NCBI GenBank assembly: GCA_963817895.1
Contig: CAWFQB010000007.1
Coordinates: 128,001-192,000 of the forward strand
Reading direction: 5' to 3'
From: an uncultured Chthonomonadaceae bacterium
GTDB taxonomy: Bacteria; Armatimonadota; Chthonomonadetes; Chthonomonadales; Chthonomonadaceae
Length of the DNA: 64,000 nucleotides
Both the position numbers and the translations under genes were made by a program. Every line of letters starts with the position of its first letter. Position 1 is the first letter of the stretch. Under the pieces are notes generated by a model. The model saw only the letters and a list, made by a program, of their open reading frames with translations. It ran no database searches and was not told where the DNA came from. Below, piece by piece: positions 1-10,939 of the stretch.

Positions 1-1334
1 GCGTTGGCGCAGGCGAGTTTGGCGTTGGCGGATTCCAGTTGCTCCTGCTGGTGTTTCGCTTCCGTACGGTCGCGAATGGTTCCAAACAACCGAATGGCTT
101 TGCCCCCGGCGTCACATTCCGCCTGCCCGATGGCGTGAAACCAGCGCAGCGAGCCGTCGTTCATAATCCCGCGCAGATCAAATTCGTAGGGCGTTCCGTC
201 CTGAATACACTTTTGAATGTGGGCATTATGCGTCGGCACATCGTCGGGATGGTAGCGCCGCGTCAGTTCCTCGTAGGTGGGCGCGGGCTGCAGGGGATCG
301 AAATCGAACAGGCGAAACGTTTCCGCCGACCAGATAATTTGCCTGGAAGCGATGTCGAATTCCCAACTGCCTACATGGGCGATGCGCTGCGCTTCGGCAT
401 ACCGCGCCTGACTGCGCAGTAATTCCTGTTCGGCAATTACGCGCTGTGTAATATCTACGGCGACGCCGCCCACGCAGGGCTGCCCGGACGCATCGGCAAG
501 GGGAAACCTATAGACGGTCCAGGTACGCGCCTGACCGTCGGCGGTGGGTACGGTTTCGGTTGTTTCGAGCGGTTCGTCCCACGCGCGCACAATGTCATCA
601 TTGTGTCGAACTTGTTCAGCAATCTCGGCGGGAAACCAATCGGCGTCCGTTGTCCCCCATATATCTTCCAATTCCACGTTGAAGTGCCGCTCGAAAGGCT
701 TGTTGATATAGAGATAGCGCCCGCCCGCATCTTTGAGGAACGCGATCAGGGGGCTTGTGTTGATAAAGGCTTCGAACCGGGCGTGGCTGTGGCGCAGTTC
801 CAGTTCGCTGTGCAGTCGCGCGGCCATAAGGCGGGCCTGGTCGCTGATTTTCTGCCGCAGTTCCAGTTGCGCGACGATCTGGCGCGAAAGAACCTGCAAG
901 GCGTCTTTTTGAAGCGGCGTTAGTTCGCGCGGGATGCGGTCAATCACGCACAGGGTTCCCAATGCGTGGCCGGAAGCGGTACACAGGGGCGCCCCGGCGT
1001 AAAAGCGGATGTGCGGATCGGCAGTGACAAGAGGATTGTTGACAAAGCGCAAATCTTCCAACGCATTGGGAACGACAAGCACATCGGGCTGCATGATGGC
1101 ATGGGAGCAGAACGCGAGGTCGCGGTGTGTTTCCGTCGCGTCAAGGCCGACGCGCGCTTTGAACCATTGCCGCAACTCGTCGAGCAGGCTGACCAAGCTG
1201 ATGGGCGTCCCGCAGATGGCGGAGGCGAGGCGCGCGATATCGTCAAAGGCGTCTTCGGCGGGCGTGTCGAGAATGTCATAGCCGCGCAAAACATTCAGAC
1301 GCGCGGCTTCGTTGTCGGGTAAAGGAAAAGTCAA
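1..1334 (-). CDS. GAF-PAS-PAS sensor protein, N-terminal part (output domain outside the window; diguanylate cyclase or histidine kinase)
   Basis: Manual translation from TTG 1334 is open to base 1. It gives [30 protein letters not shown]...RQWFKAR...IRFYAGAPL (GAF), then two PAS domains ([22 protein letters not shown]...HPDD). Not in the ORF track because there is no stop in the window. Confidence 0.9.
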   Translation of the reverse strand, partial: MTFPLPDNEAARLNVLRGYDILDTPAEDAFDDIARLASAICGTPISLVSLLDELRQWFKARVGLDATETHRDLAFCSHAIMQPDVLVVPNALEDLRFVNNPLVTADPHIRFYAGAPLCTASGHALGTLCVIDRIPRELTPLQKDALQVLSRQIVAQLELRQKISDQARLMAARLHSELELRHSHARFEAFINTSPLIAFLKDAGGRYLYINKPFERHFNVELEDIWGTTDADWFPAEIAEQVRHNDDIVRAWDEPLETTETVPTADGQARTWTVYRFPLADASGQPCVGGVAVDITQRVIAEQELLRSQARYAEAQRIAHVGSWEFDIASRQIIWSAETFRLFDFDPLQPAPTYEELTRRYHPDDVPTHNAHIQKCIQDGTPYEFDLRGIMNDGSLRWFHAIGQAECDAGGKAIRLFGTIRDRTEAKHQQEQLESANAKLACAN

Positions 1335-1658
1335 GATGCAAACCTCTTTCAAATTTTTGTATGCGCGACATGGCTACAGTGCAGAGGCGCATCAGGGCAA
1401 ATCTCCCTATCATCCGGCACATATTTGTCACTTTCAGGGGATTTTCGGCGCATATACCGGGTAACTTGAGAATTCGGCGCAATGATTTTCCAAACCACGC
1501 ATTTCTATAATCTACAGATCAAGAAGAGTTCTGCCCATGAGGTAAACTGATAAAACCTGCGCGAATGTCCGGCTGTAAATGGAGTGGCGTGGTAGTTTCG
1601 CGGGGATGCCGCTGAAAGGAACAGCGGGAAAAGTACAAAACAAAGGAGATTTTTCACG

Positions 1659-2176
1659 ATGCCAACGGAACAGAGTTCGGAGGAACAGACCACGATTGCG
1701 CCCGGGTCCATTATCGTTACGCCGGATGAGGGCAAGATACTGGAAGCGTTTGGCGACACGGTACAGGTCAAAATCAGCGGGCAGCAGACGAATGGCGCAA
1801 TGGTCGTTCTTCTGGATACCACTCCGCCGGCAGCGGCCCGCCGCCTCACATTCATCACAATGAGGACGAATTGTTCCTTATTGTGGAGGGGAGTTACCGT
1901 TTTCTGGTGAACGGGGAGTGGTCCGAAATTGTGGGAGCGGGAACGGCTGTGTATACTCCGCGCGGGCTGCGCCACACCTTTCAGAACGTCGGCGCGACAC
2001 CGAGCCGGCACTGGATCATTGCCACGCCTAGCGGGTTTGAGCAGTTCTTCGCGCAATGCGCGGCTGTGTTTGCCACGCCGGGACCGCCGGACATGGCGCA
2101 AATCTTGAGTATCTCCGCGCAACACGGTCTTGAATTTGTGCCGCCGCTGGCAGGCCCGCCTTCTGAAGCGGCCTGA
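1659..2176 (+). CDS. Cupin-domain protein (quercetinase-like), frameshifted near 1835
   Basis: Joining ORFs 1659 and 1871 gives GPPPHIHHNEDELFLIVEG...PRGLRHTFQN, the cupin motifs. Confidence 0.8.
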
Positions 2177-2177
2177 T

Positions 2178-2711
2178 TCAGCCAATCTGCAGGGATACGA
2201 ATTGCACCCGCATGTCGGCCCGCACTTCGGCCCTAAACGCGCTCACCTGCACGTCTTTGTTGGCCTTCAGCACGGTTCTGACGGCTTCCTGTAAATCCTC
2301 CTGCTGCTGTCGGTATATCTCCAGCGTGTTGGCCCCGTACATTTTGCGGCGGTAGTCGGCGCAGGTAGCTTCGAGTGGACCCTCGCGGTTCATCGGGCCG
2401 TGAAAGATGAAGATGATCTCTTCCAGTCCGTGCGCGTCCACCAGAAAGGCGGCCTCCTGTCGGAAGTGTTCACCGCGAAAGTAGGAGAGTGTGCTGGAAG
2501 CCAACGCGCCCGGTCCGCCGGGCGCGTACAGGCGGTCGTAGTGGGTTATGCCCAGATGGTCGTTGAGAAAATCATCCAGACTCTGCTGGTAGCGCCCATC
2601 GGAGCAGGCGACAATCAGGATACGCGGGCGGGCGGCCTGCCATAAGCGCGTACTGACAAACGGTTTTTCGGCTTCCGCATCGGGCGGATGTATCTGGTTA
2701 GTTTGTTCCAT
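2178..2711 (-). CDS. Beta-carbonic-anhydrase-like protein
   Basis: C-terminal part of the 641-aa track ORF, from ATG 2711. Motifs CSDGR, PGGPG and H...C. Confidence 0.6.
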   Translation of the reverse strand: MEQTNQIHPPDAEAEKPFVSTRLWQAARPRILIVACSDGRYQQSLDDFLNDHLGITHYDRLYAPGGPGALASSTLSYFRGEHFRQEAAFLVDAHGLEEIIFIFHGPMNREGPLEATCADYRRKMYGANTLEIYRQQQEDLQEAVRTVLKANKDVQVSAFRAEVRADMRVQFVSLQIG

Positions 2712-2807
2712 ATCGCTAAATTCCGCGTCCGCTTTCAGGTATCCTTTATTCACTCGTACCCTCTTGCCCGTGTTCTGCTCTGAAAGTCTTTTCTGGAGTT
2801 TGCCCTT

Positions 2808-5800
2808 ATGCCGACACCCGCCAGTGTGCTTGAACTTGTGCAGCGCTTTACGGACAACATCGCCAACTACAAATCCGGCCAATACAACGAGACGCAGGCG
2901 CGCGTGGAGTTTATTGACCCGCTTTTTGTCGCGCTTGGGTGGGACGTACACAACGCGCAGGGCTACGCCGAAGCCTACAAAGATGTTATCCACGAGGATA
3001 AGGTGAAAGTTGGCGGCATTATGAAGGCTCCCGATTATAGTTTCCGTATCGGCATGACGCGCAAGTTTTTTGTGGAAGCGAAAAAGCCCGCGCTCGATCT
3101 CAAAAGCGATGTTGACCCCGCGTTTCAACTCCGGCGCTATGCGTGGAGCGCGAAACTCCCCCTGTCCATTCTGACCGACTTTGAGGAGTTCGCCGTGTAT
3201 GACGGGCGCATCCCGCCCAACGCCAACGATGGCGCGGGGGTGGCCCGCATCAAATATTATGCCTATACCGACTACCTGCACAAGTGGGACGAGATCGCCG
3301 CGCTGTTTTCCAAAGAGGCTGTGCTGAAAGGCGCGTTCGACCGCTTTGCCGACGACAAAAAGGCCAAGCGCGGCACGACGGAAGTGGACGCGGCTTTTCT
3401 CGCGGAAATCGAAGGCTGGCGCAGCGCCCTTGCCCTCAATCTTGCCGCTAAAAACCCTGCCCTCTCCATTCGGCAACTGAACTTTGCCGTGCAGAAAACG
3501 ATTGACCGCATCATTTTTCTGCGAATTTGCGAGGACAGGGGCATTGAGGAGATGGGCCGGCTGCTGTCCCTCCTGAACGGCAAGAACGTTTACGAGCGTC
3601 TCATGGTTCAGTTCCGCGAGGCTGATGAGCGCTATAATTCCGGGCTGTTCCATTTCCAGACGGAGAAGGGGCGCGATGAGGGCGAGCGCGATACTCTTTC
3701 CCTGACGCTGAAAATTGAGGATGGCGTTCTCAAAGACATCCTCAAAAGCCTCTACTACCCCTCGCCCTACGCTTTCGAGGTCTTTCCCGCCGACATTCTG
3801 GGACAGGTGTATGAGCAGTTTCTCGGCAAAGTGATCGTTCTGGACAGCAAACACCGCGCCACTGTGGAGGAGAAGCCGGAGGTCCGCAAGGCGGGCGGCG
3901 TTTATTACACGCCTACCTACATCGTGGATTATATCGTGGGGCAGACGGTGGGCAAACTGCTGGAAAACAAAACGCCGAAACAGGTGGAACCGCTCAAAAT
4001 CCTCGATCCGGCCTGCGGTTCCGGTTCTTTTCTCATCGGGGCGTACCAGAAACTGCTGGATTGGCATCTGCACTGGTACGAGACGGAGGGCGCGGAAAAA
4101 CACGCGAAGGGCAAGGAGCCGAAAGTGTATCAGACATCAGGCGGCGGCTATCGCCTGACCACGACGGAGCGGCGGCGCATCCTGCTCAACAATATCTACG
4201 GCGTGGACATTGACCCGCAGGCTGTAGAGGTGACGAAACTTTCGCTGCTGTTGAAAATGCTGGAGGGCGAAACGCGGCAGACGGTACGGACGCAGACAAG
4301 CCTCTCGTTGGGGCGCGTCCTGCCCGACCTTGCCGGAAACATTCAGTGCGGCAACTCCCTCATCGGTTCCGACTTTTACGACAACCGGCAGATGACGATG
4401 CTGGACGAGGAGGAGATGTACCGCGTGAATGCCTTCGACTGGCACAAAGCGTTTTCAACTGTTTATAGCAATAAAACGGGGGGGGGTATTAGCGGCTTTG
4501 ACGCAATTATTGGCAACCCTCCCTATGTGCGGCAGGAATCGCTCGGAGAACAAAAGGCGTATCTTGCGCAACGTTACAAGACAGCGCATGGGGCTGCCGA
4601 CCTCTACGTTTACTTTATTGAAAAGGGCGTCAGCCTGCTCAAACCGGAAGGCCGCTTTGCTTACATTGTTGCCAACAAATGGCTACGAGCCAATTATGCC
4701 GAACCGATGCGAAAATGGCTGAAAACCCAGCGCGTCACCGAGATTGTAGACTTTGGCGATCTGCCAGTCTTTCAGAACGCGACGACCTACCCTTGTATCC
4801 TGCAAATAGAAAAAAATCACGCTGTAACGTCGTTCCGCGTTGCGCAGATAAAGTCCCTTGATTTCACCGATTTAAGCGAAACAGTAGAATCCGCGCAATT
4901 TCCCGTAAGCGTGGAGGGATTGGAAGATAAAGGCTGGACGCTGACACATGGGAGTGGGCAAACTCTTCTCAAAAAACTGCGTGAGGTGGGCGTTCCACTT
5001 GAGAAGTATGTCAACAAACAAGTTTATTATGGAATCAAGACGGGTCTAAATGAGGCGTTCGTGATTGACGCAGCGACGCGAACGCAATTGCTTGCGGAAG
5101 ACCCGAAAAGCGCCGACGTTGTCAAGCCCTTCCTCATTGGGCGTGAGGTAAAGCGGTTCACTGCGCCTGTCGCCCGTCAGTTTCTCATTCTGATGCCGCG
5201 TGGCTGGACGCGCCAACACAGCGCAAATGCAAAAGATGCCTGGGTGTGGTTACGCGAAAACTATGCCGCCGTCGCAAACTACTTACAGCCTTTTGCGGAC
5301 GCTGCCGAAAAGCGTTGCGACAAGGGTGAATACTGGTGGGAACTCCGCGCCTGCGATTACTATGACCGCTTCGAAGAGGCTAAAATCATCTATCCCAATA
5401 TTTGCAAACGCCCTGAATTCACTTTTGATACGAGCGGTTTGTACACGAACCAGAAATGTTTTATCATTCCGGTTGCGGATAAGTACCTTCTCGGCGTTCT
5501 TAATTCGTCGTTGTGTTTCTATCTGTTGCGGCACATTTTGCCTAAGTTGCGCGGCGATTTCTACGAACCAAGTTACGTCTATTTCAAGGATTTCCCCATA
5601 CGCCATATTGACTTCAACAACGCCGCCGATGTAGAACGCCATACGAAGATGGTTAGCCTTGTGGAGCAAATGCTCAGTCTCCACGCGAAACTTGCCGTCG
5701 CCGACTCGACCTCACGGACGGTTTTGCAGCGCCAGGTCGAAACGACCGACGCGCAGATTGACCGCCTTGTGTACGCCCTGTATGGTTTATCCGCCGAGGA

Positions 5801-5828
5801 GATTGCCATTGTGGAATCGGTTGGCTGA
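2808..5828 (+). CDS. Type IIG restriction-modification enzyme (Eco57I-like: nuclease + N6-adenine MTase + TaqI_C-like TRD)
   Basis: PD...EAK nuclease motif, GVYYTP, DPACGSGSFL, GNPPY, C-terminal specificity region. Confidence 0.92.
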   Translation: MPTPASVLELVQRFTDNIANYKSGQYNETQARVEFIDPLFVALGWDVHNAQGYAEAYKDVIHEDKVKVGGIMKAPDYSFRIGMTRKFFVEAKKPALDLKSDVDPAFQLRRYAWSAKLPLSILTDFEEFAVYDGRIPPNANDGAGVARIKYYAYTDYLHKWDEIAALFSKEAVLKGAFDRFADDKKAKRGTTEVDAAFLAEIEGWRSALALNLAAKNPALSIRQLNFAVQKTIDRIIFLRICEDRGIEEMGRLLSLLNGKNVYERLMVQFREADERYNSGLFHFQTEKGRDEGERDTLSLTLKIEDGVLKDILKSLYYPSPYAFEVFPADILGQVYEQFLGKVIVLDSKHRATVEEKPEVRKAGGVYYTPTYIVDYIVGQTVGKLLENKTPKQVEPLKILDPACGSGSFLIGAYQKLLDWHLHWYETEGAEKHAKGKEPKVYQTSGGGYRLTTTERRRILLNNIYGVDIDPQAVEVTKLSLLLKMLEGETRQTVRTQTSLSLGRVLPDLAGNIQCGNSLIGSDFYDNRQMTMLDEEEMYRVNAFDWHKAFSTVYSNKTGGGISGFDAIIGNPPYVRQESLGEQKAYLAQRYKTAHGAADLYVYFIEKGVSLLKPEGRFAYIVANKWLRANYAEPMRKWLKTQRVTEIVDFGDLPVFQNATTYPCILQIEKNHAVTSFRVAQIKSLDFTDLSETVESAQFPVSVEGLEDKGWTLTHGSGQTLLKKLREVGVPLEKYVNKQVYYGIKTGLNEAFVIDAATRTQLLAEDPKSADVVKPFLIGREVKRFTAPVARQFLILMPRGWTRQHSANAKDAWVWLRENYAAVANYLQPFADAAEKRCDKGEYWWELRACDYYDRFEEAKIIYPNICKRPEFTFDTSGLYTNQKCFIIPVADKYLLGVLNSSLCFYLLRHILPKLRGDFYEPSYVYFKDFPIRHIDFNNAADVERHTKMVSLVEQMLSLHAKLAVADSTSRTVLQRQVETTDAQIDRLVYALYGLSAEEIAIVESVG

Positions 5829-5857
5829 CGGTTTTTGCCTTTTCAGGCATTGCCTGT

Positions 5858-5977
5858 GCCGGGTATTGAAAATACCCGGCAGGAAAGTGCAAGCGTCTTT
5901 CAGACGCGGGAGTTCTGGTAGAGAGTTGCGTCCGAAGGACGATTGTTTTGTTGAGGCGGGGATTTTCAATCCCCGGT
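5858..5977. repeat. REP-like multi-hairpin element
   Basis: GCCGGGTATTGAAAATACCCGGC hairpin, GCGTC..GACGC hairpins and a GGGGATTTTCAATCCCC mate. The first 40 bp recur at 57399-57438. Confidence 0.75.
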
Positions 5978-6023
5978 AAGCCCCGAACCACGTAAGCGCC
6001 TTGAATTTGAAACGCATCCGTAA

Positions 6024-7496
6024 TCAGGAGAGTGGCAGATCAGGGCGGGCGGTGTAGGTCAGGCAGCCGAGGGTTTCGGGGCGGCGCAGGACGCGATGCG
6101 CGAGGAAACGTCCCCAACGGGCGCGGGGCTGCATGAGGAGCCTGCCCGTAAAATGCAGTTCCTCCCCGCCGTCTTCCGCCACGCCAACCCCGCTCTCAAA
6201 TTCAACGCGCAGGCCCAGCATCGGCAGGCGCAGGCTACACCAGTATACGGCGCGCGAATGTACCAGTAATCCGCCTTCAGGAAGCGGCGTCACGTTGAAT
6301 GCCATGACGACATGCAGGCGCGGGAAAACTTCGCATAGAGTGAGCTGTCCCCCTATCCGGCGTATGACAAAGTCGGCGTCGAAAACGCGCAGGTGGCTGC
6401 CGCAGTAGAGTTCCCGCAGAAAGCGCATGGAGCCGTCGGGACGGCGAAACACGCGGAAGCGGGCGGCAATATCGCTTTGTCCCTGCTCGTACAACCCTTG
6501 TCCGGTCACAAAGGTAGCAAGGCGCGACAGCAGACGAATGGGGCCGGTGCGCAGATCGAGCGAGGCGGTCACGTCGTAATGCGAGGGGTTCTGATAAAAG
6601 CGGTCAATGGCAGGATGCACTTCGTGGACTCGTTCGCGCAACACCTGCGTTAGAAGCGGCCAGCGAATCTCATCGGTCAGCCGCCCCCGCTCTTTTTGCC
6701 GCATCCCCTGCCGGTACACGCGGGCCGCCATCCACGCCAGAACGGTATAGCGCAGCAACTCCCACGCGCAGGCGCGGTAGCCGACAGCCCCACTCTCCAC
6801 TTTGAGCGCGGGCGTGACAAAGGCGCGGGCGGTTTCGCGGGCAAAGCGGCCCATCAGCGGCCACCCGGCTTTGAGTAAATGCGGCACACTGCGCAGCATG
6901 GTTTCGGCCATCGCGGTTTCGTAGGGAACGCGGCCTGCCAGCGCGTCAGCGTCGTAAGCGCGCGCCCCAAGCGTGACTTCCAGATGCAGGCGCAGGGCTT
7001 GCCAGGTCGGATCGTCGGGATGCAGGGCGGCGTCACGAACAAAGGATTCGAGTTCACCTGCCGCGCGCGCCTGTTCCAGGTCCGCGATATGGGCCGCAAC
7101 CCACAACTCCTCTATCACTTCCCAGGGACGCCCAAGTTCGCAGGCGTGGGCATACTGTTCCCACGCGGGCGTTCGGGGCTTGCCGTCTGGTCCGGCGGGA
7201 TTAACCACTTCGCCGATGCGGTCGAACGTGGGGGAATAGCCGCAAAAGCGACCGAGCGTGAGGGCGCAGGCGGCAAGCAGGTGAGTGCGGGCCATGAGGC
7301 TGGGATAGGCGCGATAAAAGCGCGATATCCGCGCCTGCCGCTGTCGCGCCCGCAACTGCCTGCGCGCGAACGCTTCCCGTTCTTCCGGCGTAGCGTGCGG
7401 CAAAAACCGCCCGACTTCGCGCAGGCACTCTGCCCATGCCGCCGTATCAACAGGGGCGGAACTTTCCTGTCTGTTTTCAGAAAAAGCCTTTTCCAT
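6024..7496 (-). CDS. Hypothetical protein; C-terminal region resembles the YndJ-like C-terminal domain
   Basis: Long ORF with a VHPAIDRFY motif; family assignment is from memory only. Confidence 0.5.
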   Translation of the reverse strand: MEKAFSENRQESSAPVDTAAWAECLREVGRFLPHATPEEREAFARRQLRARQRQARISRFYRAYPSLMARTHLLAACALTLGRFCGYSPTFDRIGEVVNPAGPDGKPRTPAWEQYAHACELGRPWEVIEELWVAAHIADLEQARAAGELESFVRDAALHPDDPTWQALRLHLEVTLGARAYDADALAGRVPYETAMAETMLRSVPHLLKAGWPLMGRFARETARAFVTPALKVESGAVGYRACAWELLRYTVLAWMAARVYRQGMRQKERGRLTDEIRWPLLTQVLRERVHEVHPAIDRFYQNPSHYDVTASLDLRTGPIRLLSRLATFVTGQGLYEQGQSDIAARFRVFRRPDGSMRFLRELYCGSHLRVFDADFVIRRIGGQLTLCEVFPRLHVVMAFNVTPLPEGGLLVHSRAVYWCSLRLPMLGLRVEFESGVGVAEDGGEELHFTGRLLMQPRARWGRFLAHRVLRRPETLGCLTYTARPDLPLS

Positions 7497-7604
7497 GCAA
7501 TCACGTCTTCGCGCCGACCACTTTCCGACAGTATTGCGGTTTGAAGTGGCGGACACATCCTATGTTATAATAGTACCAGCAAATACAGAACGCGCGCCTA
7601 TCGC

Positions 7605-8063
7605 GTGACGGATGAGGAGGCAAACGGTATGGAAGTGGAGATAGAAGTAAAAGCGGAGACGCGACGTTTTTTGAAGAAGGGTGAGCGCGGGTTAAAAAGT
7701 AAGAAGCCCTCGCCGTCAATACCCGTTCCAACGGCTTCCCCTGTCAAAAGCGGGGATACCATTGTACCGACAACCCCCGCGCCTGCGCAAGTGGAGTCGC
7801 AAACGCAAATTGCCAACCGCATTTTCCGGCAACGGGCAGAAAAGATTGCCGACGCGACGGTGACGGTACGCCCCGGCGAAAACGAATGGGAACCAATTCA
7901 CCGCGTCGAAATACCTGAATTGCGAAGCGAGGCGTTTGATAAAATCGTCAAACTGCGCAGCAATCTGTATCGCAAGTACCCGGACGCAACCATCAATATA
8001 GAGTTTCGCGGCAGGCGTGAACTGGACGAAGCCAATAACACCTCACGCTACGCCAATCTTTAG
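7605..8063 (+). CDS. Hypothetical protein, putative partner (antitoxin) of the downstream HEPN protein
   Basis: 152-aa ORF with upstream TATAAT near 7566, directly before the HEPN gene. Confidence 0.5.
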   Translation: MTDEEANGMEVEIEVKAETRRFLKKGERGLKSKKPSPSIPVPTASPVKSGDTIVPTTPAPAQVESQTQIANRIFRQRAEKIADATVTVRPGENEWEPIHRVEIPELRSEAFDKIVKLRSNLYRKYPDATINIEFRGRRELDEANNTSRYANL

Positions 8064-8078
8064 AGAAAGCAGGCGTTC

Positions 8079-8493
8079 ATGCCTTCCAGACAACCGCCGA
8101 GACTACAGTCGGGAAAGCAAGCGCGCAAGCATATTGACGGGGCGCAGGAGAACTATCAACGGTACGAACGCTTGCTGCAAACGCCGGAAGATGCGGCATG
8201 GTCAATTGTAGCCCTGTTCTATACCGCGTTGCATCTCGTGCAGGCTCATGCGGTAGCAAAAAGCGGGTTGCTAACAGGAGCCGGTTCCCGATAACCACAA
8301 TGAGCGAATCAAGTATATAACAAAGCATTTGGGCCGTATCGAACGGGATTACATCAGGCTCGAAGAAGCAAGTAAATATGTTCGGTACGATCTCTGGCGG
8401 GCAACGCCAGAAGAGGCGACAGAGTATCACGAACTGGAATTTTCGCGCATTCGAACGCACCTTGCCGCGCAAAACATAGCATGGAGCGAGTGA
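8079..8493 (+). CDS. HEPN-domain protein, frameshifted near 8283
   Basis: WSIVALFYTALHLVQA joins VPDNHNERIKYI...DYIRLEEASKYVRYD, which fits the HEPN pattern. Confidence 0.7.
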
Positions 8494-8574
8494 GGTTCGG
8501 CGCCCGATTGGTTTCTTGTTTGTCAGCAACGTTCAACATAACACCATACGCTTAACGCCTTGCAAGGAGAAGCT

Positions 8575-8769
8575 ATGCGACTGAACTTGAGCGAAGAATG
8601 GTATGCGCGGGAGTTTCGCAAAGATGCCGGGGAACCCGCCGTCTCGGTAGCCGCAGGACGCGCCAATGCGCAAGCTCCGTTAGTAGAAGAGCCGACAGCG
8701 CAAGCGGATAACAAACACGTCCAAGAAACAGTCCCTCAATCAACACAATTACCACCTAATAACATATAA
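8575..8769 (+). CDS. Small hypothetical protein
   Basis: AAGGAG RBS and ATG; 64 aa. Confidence 0.4.
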   Translation: MRLNLSEEWYAREFRKDAGEPAVSVAAGRANAQAPLVEEPTAQADNKHVQETVPQSTQLPPNNI

Positions 8770-8829
8770 CATTCAAAAATATTATTTGAATATGGATTGC
8801 AGAATATATTCTACACTACCATAAATTCT

Positions 8830-9319
8830 TTAGGTTGCCAAATTATTACAATCCGTAGTTGTTGATGCCATCTGTTTATGACGTTCTTCAATGTCATAGT
8901 CAGGGTCTTCCACTCTTTTTGGGGAGATGCGTACTTACTTCATTGGATACGCACCAGTCATTGCCAACCTTTAGCAATAACCTTTCCGTCAGTTCAGGAA
9001 CAAAGTCCTTGATTTTTGCCGGACCGAGGCCATTCTTATCCTTATTGGCATCAGAATGAATCATCGGAAAGGTTTTCAACATGTATCCTTCCTCTTCAAT
9101 CAGGCGAATATGCTCTCTGGATTGCTTGTAGCCTGCTCTCCTTTTACCAGAATCGTCCGTCTGCCAACTTTCACGGAGTATAACTGTTGTGTTGCCTTCT
9201 GTTTCTTTATCCCAAGCCCCAAAGATGACTACCTTTTCTTGTGAGTTGATAAATGACCAACTCCAAATCCAATTATCACAAGTGGCTCCTTGTGCTTGGA
9301 TAAATCTTTTTCTGTTCAT
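8830..9319 (-). pseudogene. Truncated McrA-like HNH endonuclease (N-terminal domain only)
   Basis: MNRKRFIQAQGATCDNWIWSWSF...VIFGAWD resembles the N-terminal domain of a family of HNH restriction proteins. A frameshift near 8915 is followed by a stop; no HNH motif follows. Low GC. Confidence 0.6.
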
Positions 9320-9340
9320 TTGATATCCTCTTGTAGCAAG

Positions 9341-10816
9341 CTACTTGCCGCCGAGCAGTTCGCGCAGGCGGCGCAGTCCGGCTCCGTTTCCGGCTCCCTG
9401 TCCGTTGCCAGTACCGGCTCTCCGGCGGTTGCCGAATTCGGGCAGGTTTTCTACGGTTTTGCCCTGCGTCAGATGTTCGGCGTCTATGGTGTAGCTGACG
9501 AAGGCGAGACACATCTCATCCGTTGTCTGTTCGCCCCAATGCACCAGTTTAGGCGGGCTGCTCGGATTGCGCGGGTTGCCGGTGGAATTGTCGTAACGGG
9601 CCAGCAGGTTGATGTCGGAACCTTTCGGCAATTGAATCGGCTGCTTGAACTGGTAGGTGGTCTGCCAGTTGAAATCCCAATCCGGCACGTTGACGAGGGT
9701 TTGCTTTGCCCCGTCCGGGCGGGTCGCGGTCACTTCCATCGCCCGTCCGATGAGGTGCATGTGCGGCATCACGTCCAGAACGGTAATGTCCTGATTGATT
9801 TTCAGCGGGCGAATGGCGGGAATGGCGTAATCGGCCTTTCCCGGCGGAATGTACAGCAGGGGATTGATGACCATGCTGACGCGCAGGCGCTTGTCTACGG
9901 GCGTTTTGCAGAAGTGCAGGCCGATTTTGGTTTTGTCCTGCTCCGGCTTGCCGTCCTTGTGGTAGTGAACCTGAAGCACCACGTCCGCGCCTTTGGGCAG
10001 CAGGATTCCCACGCCCTCGGGCAGGCGGCGCGGCATGTTTCCGGGCGCCCATCCGCCGAGCGACCCGGACGGGGTAATTCCCACGCCGCCGTGTGAGGTG
10101 TAGCCGGGGCCGGGATCGGCGGCGTCCAGTTCGCGCGCTTTGCCGCTGGTGTCCAGAAACGCGATGACATGATGGACGACTTTGCTGTTGCCGGGACGCA
10201 CTTCCACAGCAGACACATAGCGGTCTTCATTATAATTGGCGGGAAGCACGAAGCAGCGGTACACGTCGCTGCCCTCCGCCGCAAGCGTATACGGTTCGTC
10301 GGAGCCTAACACAACGTCCGGCTGTCCGAGCGTCCAGCCCTCCGTGAACTTCGGCGGCGCGGGAGCCTGCTTCAGATTGCCCGGTTTCGCGCCTTCGTCC
10401 GCCCACTGTGACAGCAATCCGATTTGTTCCGGCGTCAAATGCCGCGCGTCGTAAAAGGCGGAGGGGGCGGGTTCGGTGGCTTTCCAGGGCGGCATGAAGT
10501 GGGATTGCGTCACGGTGGCGATCTGTTTGGCCCGTTTTTTCACGTCGTCGTATGTGAGCAGAGAAAACGGGGCCACTTCGCCGGGGCGGTGGCAGCTTGC
10601 GCAATTGGCGTTGATGAGCGGCGCGATGTCATGCGAAAACGTGAGAGCGCCTTTAGGCCGGGGTACATACGCCGGTTCTTTGAGTGTACTCGCGTCTTTC
10701 GGCGCATCCGGGTTGATTCCGGCATGAGCGGCGGGAACGCTGCTCCTCCACAATCCGCCCGCCAGTCCGGCGAGGCTCAACAGCGTCAACAGCAATGCAG
10801 GTTTGCGAAGGGACAT
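9341..10816 (-). CDS. Secreted copper type II ascorbate-dependent monooxygenase-like protein with cytochrome c motif
   Basis: Signal peptide, CASCH, VVHH, QVHYH, PHMH, DEMC. Confidence 0.85.
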   Translation of the reverse strand: MSLRKPALLLTLLSLAGLAGGLWRSSVPAAHAGINPDAPKDASTLKEPAYVPRPKGALTFSHDIAPLINANCASCHRPGEVAPFSLLTYDDVKKRAKQIATVTQSHFMPPWKATEPAPSAFYDARHLTPEQIGLLSQWADEGAKPGNLKQAPAPPKFTEGWTLGQPDVVLGSDEPYTLAAEGSDVYRCFVLPANYNEDRYVSAVEVRPGNSKVVHHVIAFLDTSGKARELDAADPGPGYTSHGGVGITPSGSLGGWAPGNMPRRLPEGVGILLPKGADVVLQVHYHKDGKPEQDKTKIGLHFCKTPVDKRLRVSMVINPLLYIPPGKADYAIPAIRPLKINQDITVLDVMPHMHLIGRAMEVTATRPDGAKQTLVNVPDWDFNWQTTYQFKQPIQLPKGSDINLLARYDNSTGNPRNPSSPPKLVHWGEQTTDEMCLAFVSYTIDAEHLTQGKTVENLPEFGNRRRAGTGNGQGAGNGAGLRRLRELLGGK

Positions 10817-10830
10817 TGGGAACTCCAGGA

Positions 10831-10939
10831 GGAAGGGATGAGATACGAGATACGAGTATTCATTATCAATGAACTGTTTATTTAACACAAGGGTATATAG
10901 GAATGACTCATATCTCGTATCTCGTATCTCATCCCTTCC
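10831..10939. repeat. (GATACGA)n inverted-repeat hairpin element
   Basis: GGAAGGGATGAGATACGAGATACGAG and its perfect 26-bp reverse complement. Confidence 0.9.

Noticed and set aside
2712..4103. Long antisense ORF (N-terminal part of the 641-aa track ORF) overlapping the type IIG gene
   Set aside because: Shadow frame of a GC-rich gene; only the part from ATG 2711 has recognisable motifs.
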